From Theionarchaea archaeon (GTDB lineage: Archaea; Methanobacteriota_B; Thermococci; Methanofastidiosales; SZ-28-30), in contig JACVGT010000011.1 in NCBI GenBank assembly GCA_018992685.1, positions 96,001 to 160,000 on the forward strand: a DNA stretch of 64,000 nt. Direction: 5' to 3'. The notes beneath the pieces are model-generated. The model had not been told where the DNA came from, did no database searches, and was given only the letters and a program-made list of their open reading frames with translations. Each line of letters begins with the position of its first letter. Positions within the stretch are counted from its first letter, which is position 1. A program made the position numbers and the translations under genes. Shown here piece by piece: positions 59,723-64,000 of this stretch.

Positions 59723-61150
59723 ATGAAGACCGCTCGTACCACTGAAATTCTTGCAGTTGTCGTTGGCAACAGAGAATATTTTCCAGATCAGTTGGCTGAA
59801 GAGGGAGGAAAGGACGTGATCCGGACTCTCACGGATCTTGGGTTCACCATAATAACCAATTTCTCTGAAGAGACAGGCACTGGCAGTGTCCAGACCTGGA
59901 ATGACTCCAAAGCATGTTCTCAGATTCTTAAGGAAAATGCAGACAAGATAGACGGTGTGGTAGTAACCCTTCCGAATTTTGGTGACGAAAAAGGGATTGC
60001 TGAAACCCTGAAGCTTTCCAGCTTGCCTGTCCCCGTTCTTGTTCATGGATTCCCGGATGAATCAGAAAAAATGGATAGAGCACACCGAAGGGATTCCTTT
60101 TGTGGAAAGATCTCCGTGTGCAACAACCTGTACCAGTATGGGATACCCTTTACCAACACCCGGTTCCATGTGGAAGCTCCAGATTCCCAGGAATTTCAGG
60201 AAGATGTAATTCATTTCGGGAAGGTCTGTCGGACAGTAAAAGGACTGAGAAATGCTCGGTTGGGTGCTATTGGAGTACGGCCCAATGCATTCAAGACTGT
60301 TCGGTACAGTGAGAAACTCCTGGAGAACAATGGTATTGCCTTGGAAGTCGTGAATCTGATGGAAATCGTGGGTCGGGCAAGAGAACTGGAAGACACCTCA
60401 CCCGAAGTCAGAAAAATACTGACTCAGATGAAGCAGCTATTCGCATTGGAGAATGTTCCTCCAGGCCCTATTACCAAAACTGCCAGACTTACTGCCGTTA
60501 TCCTGGAATGGGTTCAGGAACTTGAACTCGATGCAGTTTCCTTTAACTGCTGGCCTGCAATAGAAAAATACTATGAAATAGTTCCCTGTGCTGCTATGGC
60601 CATGTGCTCCGACTTCTCCGTACCTGCTGCATGCGAGACAGATGTCATGGGATCTCTTTCCATGTACGCCCTCCAGCTCGCTTCGGGAAGGCCCGCAGCT
60701 TTGGCCGATTTCAACAACAACTACAAGAATGACCTTGACAAGTGCGTGCTCTTTCACTGCAGCGCCTTTGCACCTCATTTCTTTGAAGAACGTCCTGAAG
60801 TAGTTTGTCACGAAATGCAGGGGTGTTATGGGTCACTAAGTGGAAAAATGAAGGCAGGACCAGTAACTCTATTCAGGGTGGAAACTGATGATATCAAAGG
60901 AAAAATCAAAGGATACGTTGCTGAAGGCGTAATCACAGATGATGAAGTGGAAACGTTCGGTTCATACGGTGTTCTCGAGGTTAACGAACTGCAATCCTTG
61001 CTACATTATGTCACAGGACATGGGTTTGCTCATCACGTGGCCCTGGTACGAGATCACGTAGCTTCTGTCATACAAGAAGCTGCTTCCACGTATTTGGGCT
61101 GGGAAATCTTCACTCACGGGACCACAGGAAGGACTGGACCAGGAGATTAA
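59723..61150 (+). CDS. L-fucose/L-arabinose isomerase-family protein
   Basis: LPNFGDE, RRDSFCGKISVCNNL, CW, ACETD, HCS, GFAHH. Confidence 0.88.
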   Translation: MKTARTTEILAVVVGNREYFPDQLAEEGGKDVIRTLTDLGFTIITNFSEETGTGSVQTWNDSKACSQILKENADKIDGVVVTLPNFGDEKGIAETLKLSSLPVPVLVHGFPDESEKMDRAHRRDSFCGKISVCNNLYQYGIPFTNTRFHVEAPDSQEFQEDVIHFGKVCRTVKGLRNARLGAIGVRPNAFKTVRYSEKLLENNGIALEVVNLMEIVGRARELEDTSPEVRKILTQMKQLFALENVPPGPITKTARLTAVILEWVQELELDAVSFNCWPAIEKYYEIVPCAAMAMCSDFSVPAACETDVMGSLSMYALQLASGRPAALADFNNNYKNDLDKCVLFHCSAFAPHFFEERPEVVCHEMQGCYGSLSGKMKAGPVTLFRVETDDIKGKIKGYVAEGVITDDEVETFGSYGVLEVNELQSLLHYVTGHGFAHHVALVRDHVASVIQEAASTYLGWEIFTHGTTGRTGPGD

Positions 61151-61842
61151 CCTCTTTTTTCCAGAGTGATGGCCTCTGCGGGGCAAGTAGATACACACAA
61201 CCCACACCCTGAACACAGGTCAGGATTGAAGACCACACTTCCGGTCCCTATCTCTCTCGCGCCAAACTGACATCTCGTAACACATACTCCGCACCCCGTA
61301 CACCGGGAACTGTCAGTTGCAGCCACTGCACTGAAGCTTAGAATGTGGCGCAGAACTCCAAATCGCACTGCTGCAGACAGGACAAGACAGCAACACATGC
61401 AACAACTACAAATCTCGTTGATTCCTTCCCGATCGACAGCCAGGGCCATATGCACAAGCCCAGCCTTGTGAGACTGGTCCAGAACTGCCAGGGCTTCTTC
61501 AATGGTGACTTTTCTGGGATTCAGCTTTCTCAGTTCATCGCTGGTTAATGCCTGTTCTCCTCGTTCATTCAATCTGAGACAGGTGTGAACTGGAAAATCA
61601 CAATTCTTCCTCTCTACTCTGCACGTACAATCCATAAGCACAATCAGCCAGGCATCTTCCAGGTATTTCCTGGCTTCTTCAAGGTTGAGGACTCTGTTTT
61701 CACCTCTTATCTCAACCTCTACAGGGACAGTCACTGCAGTGTGAAGTCTCCCTTCTATATCCCCAATTTCCTCCGCAGTCCAGTCACCTGTGAGTTCGTG
61801 CCTGTGCTTACTGCTCCGGGCATAATTCGCCTCTTTTGTCAT
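61147..61842 (-). CDS. 4Fe-4S binding protein
   Basis: CTCR, GLVH, ICSCCMCCC, CTGCGVCVTRCQF, CSGCGLCVSTCP. Confidence 0.85.
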   Translation of the reverse strand: MTKEANYARSSKHRHELTGDWTAEEIGDIEGRLHTAVTVPVEVEIRGENRVLNLEEARKYLEDAWLIVLMDCTCRVERKNCDFPVHTCLRLNERGEQALTSDELRKLNPRKVTIEEALAVLDQSHKAGLVHMALAVDREGINEICSCCMCCCLVLSAAVRFGVLRHILSFSAVAATDSSRCTGCGVCVTRCQFGAREIGTGSVVFNPDLCSGCGLCVSTCPAEAITLEKRG

Positions 61843-62107
61843 GGTATTCACTCCTCTGAAGCCATCAGTCATGCATCGCGCCCATCTATTGCAATTACTT
61901 GGGACCCTTTTCTCCTGTGTGATAGCTTCAACATTGACACAACCATCACGTTCTTCAGTTAAAACTGTTTTCAACTCTCTTCATCATTTACCCATAATTT
62001 TACATAAACAGCAAAAGATCTGAAATGAGATAATCCATCATAATAAGGAGAAGCATTCTTCACATCTTTTAATGAATAGGTGCAACCCTTTTCATCCGGG
62101 AGCAGCG

Positions 62108-62995
62108 CTAGAATCCCTGCAGAATAGCCTTTTCTGGTATTGCACCTTTTACCCCAGCCACCTTTCCTGCCAGTTCAACAGCATAGTCAAGCATCCTCTC
62201 CTCGTCAACCTTCTTGATGAGAGAATGTACAATCCCTGCAGTGAAGGCGTCTCCACAGCCAGTTGTGTCTACAACATCAATTTCGGAGGCAGCTCTGTGG
62301 AGTACCGTTGTTTCAGAATACAGAGAAGCTCCTTCACTCCCTCTTGTCACAAAAACGTACTGCAGGTTGTGGTGCTGCATCAACCTGGTTATCACCATAT
62401 CATCAGACTCTTCACTCTTGTATAACATCTTGATTAATCCCAGTTCCTGTTCATTTATCTTTAAGATATCTGCCATCTCTACTGATTCTGTAAAGAGTGA
62501 TTCCCAGCTACTAATCCCCTCCCTGTAGTTGAAATCATAAATTTTCACTGCATCTGTTGATCTCAGAAGAGTTCTCAAAGTGTTCCTTGAGACACTGTGT
62601 CTCTGCGCCAGTGTTCCAAAGCAGAAGAATTTTGTGGCTGAACAGATGCGTGCCATGCCTTGATCAAAGGTAATATAATCGAAGGCCACATCATTGGCTA
62701 TGAGAAAAGCAGGATTCTTATTCTTGTCACGCGTGACTGTCACCGTGCCCGTCTTGTGCTCATTGATCTGACAGAGCAGTGGAACTTTCTCACTGGCAGC
62801 AGCCTGAAGTCTCTTCCCTTGTTCATCAGATCCCACAGCCGTTATCATGAATGTTCGTATCCCTGTGAGTGAGGCCAGGGCTGCTGCATTGAAGGGAGCT
62901 CCTCCTATCTTCTCTTCTCCATCTTCATAGATGTCCCACAGGAGTTCTCCAAAGCAGACGAGGTCAGTTGCTACAAAGTGTCTCGCGTACTTCAT
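62108..62995 (-). CDS. PfkB-family carbohydrate kinase (fructokinase-like)
   Basis: FGELLWD, GGAPFN, DFNYR, KINEQEL, VTRG..G, VDTTGCGDAF. Confidence 0.93.
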   Translation of the reverse strand: MKYARHFVATDLVCFGELLWDIYEDGEEKIGGAPFNAAALASLTGIRTFMITAVGSDEQGKRLQAAASEKVPLLCQINEHKTGTVTVTRDKNKNPAFLIANDVAFDYITFDQGMARICSATKFFCFGTLAQRHSVSRNTLRTLLRSTDAVKIYDFNYREGISSWESLFTESVEMADILKINEQELGLIKMLYKSEESDDMVITRLMQHHNLQYVFVTRGSEGASLYSETTVLHRAASEIDVVDTTGCGDAFTAGIVHSLIKKVDEERMLDYAVELAGKVAGVKGAIPEKAILQGF

Positions 62996-63338
62996 GCTAC
63001 CACCAGCTACATCTGTTCTGAGGATATTTAAATGCCTCAGTGTGGAAGCCAGGACGTGTCCTCAGGCCCTTGAAGAATTGATGTCGCTGTCCGTTCCTTA
63101 AACAAGGGTTGTCACAGGTGTGGAGAGGACATTACCAAGATGATAAGGTGGCTACTAGACAGCAGGTCCACAGAACGTGGCTTCAAGAGGGGTATCACCA
63201 GCAGATGAACCGGAACTCAAAGCTCCTCGGCTCCCCCTGTTATTTTCTGCCTTGCATGCTGCCTGACCCACTGTTCCCACGAAAGATAAAAAGAAAGAAG
63301 TGGAAAACCTTTAAAACTGAAAAGTATTCAATATAGTT

Positions 63339-63854
63339 ATGGAAAAAGTCGTCACGAACAAGCACGAGGCAGGAACAGCAGGGAAGGCCGTAATCGTGTA
63401 TGACTCATGCTATGGGAATACAGAGAAAATCGCCACATCCATGGGCGAGGCTATTGCTGGTGGCACGAGAGTTGTCCGGGCCGCTGAAGCACATCCTTCC
63501 GATTTGAAATCCGTTGAGGTTCTCATCGTTGGTTCTCCGACGCAGGGGTTCAGAGCGACAAAGCCTGTGCAGGAATTCATTAAAAGCATTCCTGAAGGTG
63601 CCCTCAAGGGGATCGCTGTGGCAGCTTTTGACACAAGGATGCCTGCCGACGATGTGGGAAAGGGGCTGCGATTCATCATGAAGGTTGGCGGCTATGCTGC
63701 TCCTCGCGTTGCAGATGAACTCAAGAAGAAAGGTGGCACCTTGGCAGGACTTCCCGAAGGGTTCTTTGTCAAAGGCAAAGAAGGTCCACTGAAAGAAGGA
63801 GAATTAGAGCGTGCTGCCACGTGGGCAGAAAGTATCATCAAGAAAGGAAAGTAG
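63339..63854 (+). CDS. Flavodoxin-family protein
   Basis: YDSCYGNTEKIA, VGSPT, AAFDTR, FFVKGKEGPL.EGELERA. Confidence 0.9.
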   Translation: MEKVVTNKHEAGTAGKAVIVYDSCYGNTEKIATSMGEAIAGGTRVVRAAEAHPSDLKSVEVLIVGSPTQGFRATKPVQEFIKSIPEGALKGIAVAAFDTRMPADDVGKGLRFIMKVGGYAAPRVADELKKKGGTLAGLPEGFFVKGKEGPLKEGELERAATWAESIIKKGK

Positions 63855-63911
63855 CTAGGACCAATCTAAATGCGTATTTCCTTCCTTACCCATAATATTG
63901 AAAGTGATTTC

Positions 63912-64000
63912 ATGCACCTGACTGCAGAGAAAGAATGGTTCAAGGATTCTGAAGGACGCTCAGTCTTACTCCGTGGAGTGAATCTCGGCGGAAGCTCCAA
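63912..64000 (+). CDS. N-terminus of a probable GH5 (endoglycoceramidase-like) glycoside hydrolase; truncated by the window
   Basis: MHLTAEKEWFKDSEGRSVLLRGVNLGGSS. Confidence 0.6.
   Translation, partial: MHLTAEKEWFKDSEGRSVLLRGVNLGGSS

Overview
Archaeal chromosomal window. Evidence: BRE/TATA promoters, archaeal-type tRNAs lacking encoded CCA, DUF835/V4R/roadblock signalling proteins and a tungsten-type AOR. The gene content suggests an anaerobic heterotroph; the lineage cannot be fixed from sequence alone. The first ~23 kb is mostly housekeeping, Fe-S and signalling: a Taw2/Trm5-family enzyme, tRNA(CAU), a multi-PAS-DUF835-wHTH regulator, two roadblock+V4R gene pairs, iscU-iscS, acyl-CoA synthetase, a MazG-like gene and tRNA-Glu. 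After iscS there is a small AT-rich insert carrying a promoter-driven, highly base-paired candidate ncRNA and a caspase (C14) fused to a SorC/DeoR-type phosphosugar-binding domain. After tRNA-Glu is a decaying accessory region (TolB-like propellers, ICMT+CAAX protease, AOR, tandem ABC-2 exporters, DpsL, deletion scars, IS5 fragments). It ends at a diverged 156-bp copy of the MazG 3' end and is followed by a compact DUF499-ATPase/PglZ/DUF1156-methylase/small-ORF BREX-related operon. The right end has hydrolases and sugar/redox enzymes. Best candidates for something new: the caspase-SorC fusion, the adjacent ncRNA, the nuclease-less BREX-related operon and the GTPase-less roadblock-V4R modules. 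All family calls are by-eye motif recognition, not database searches.
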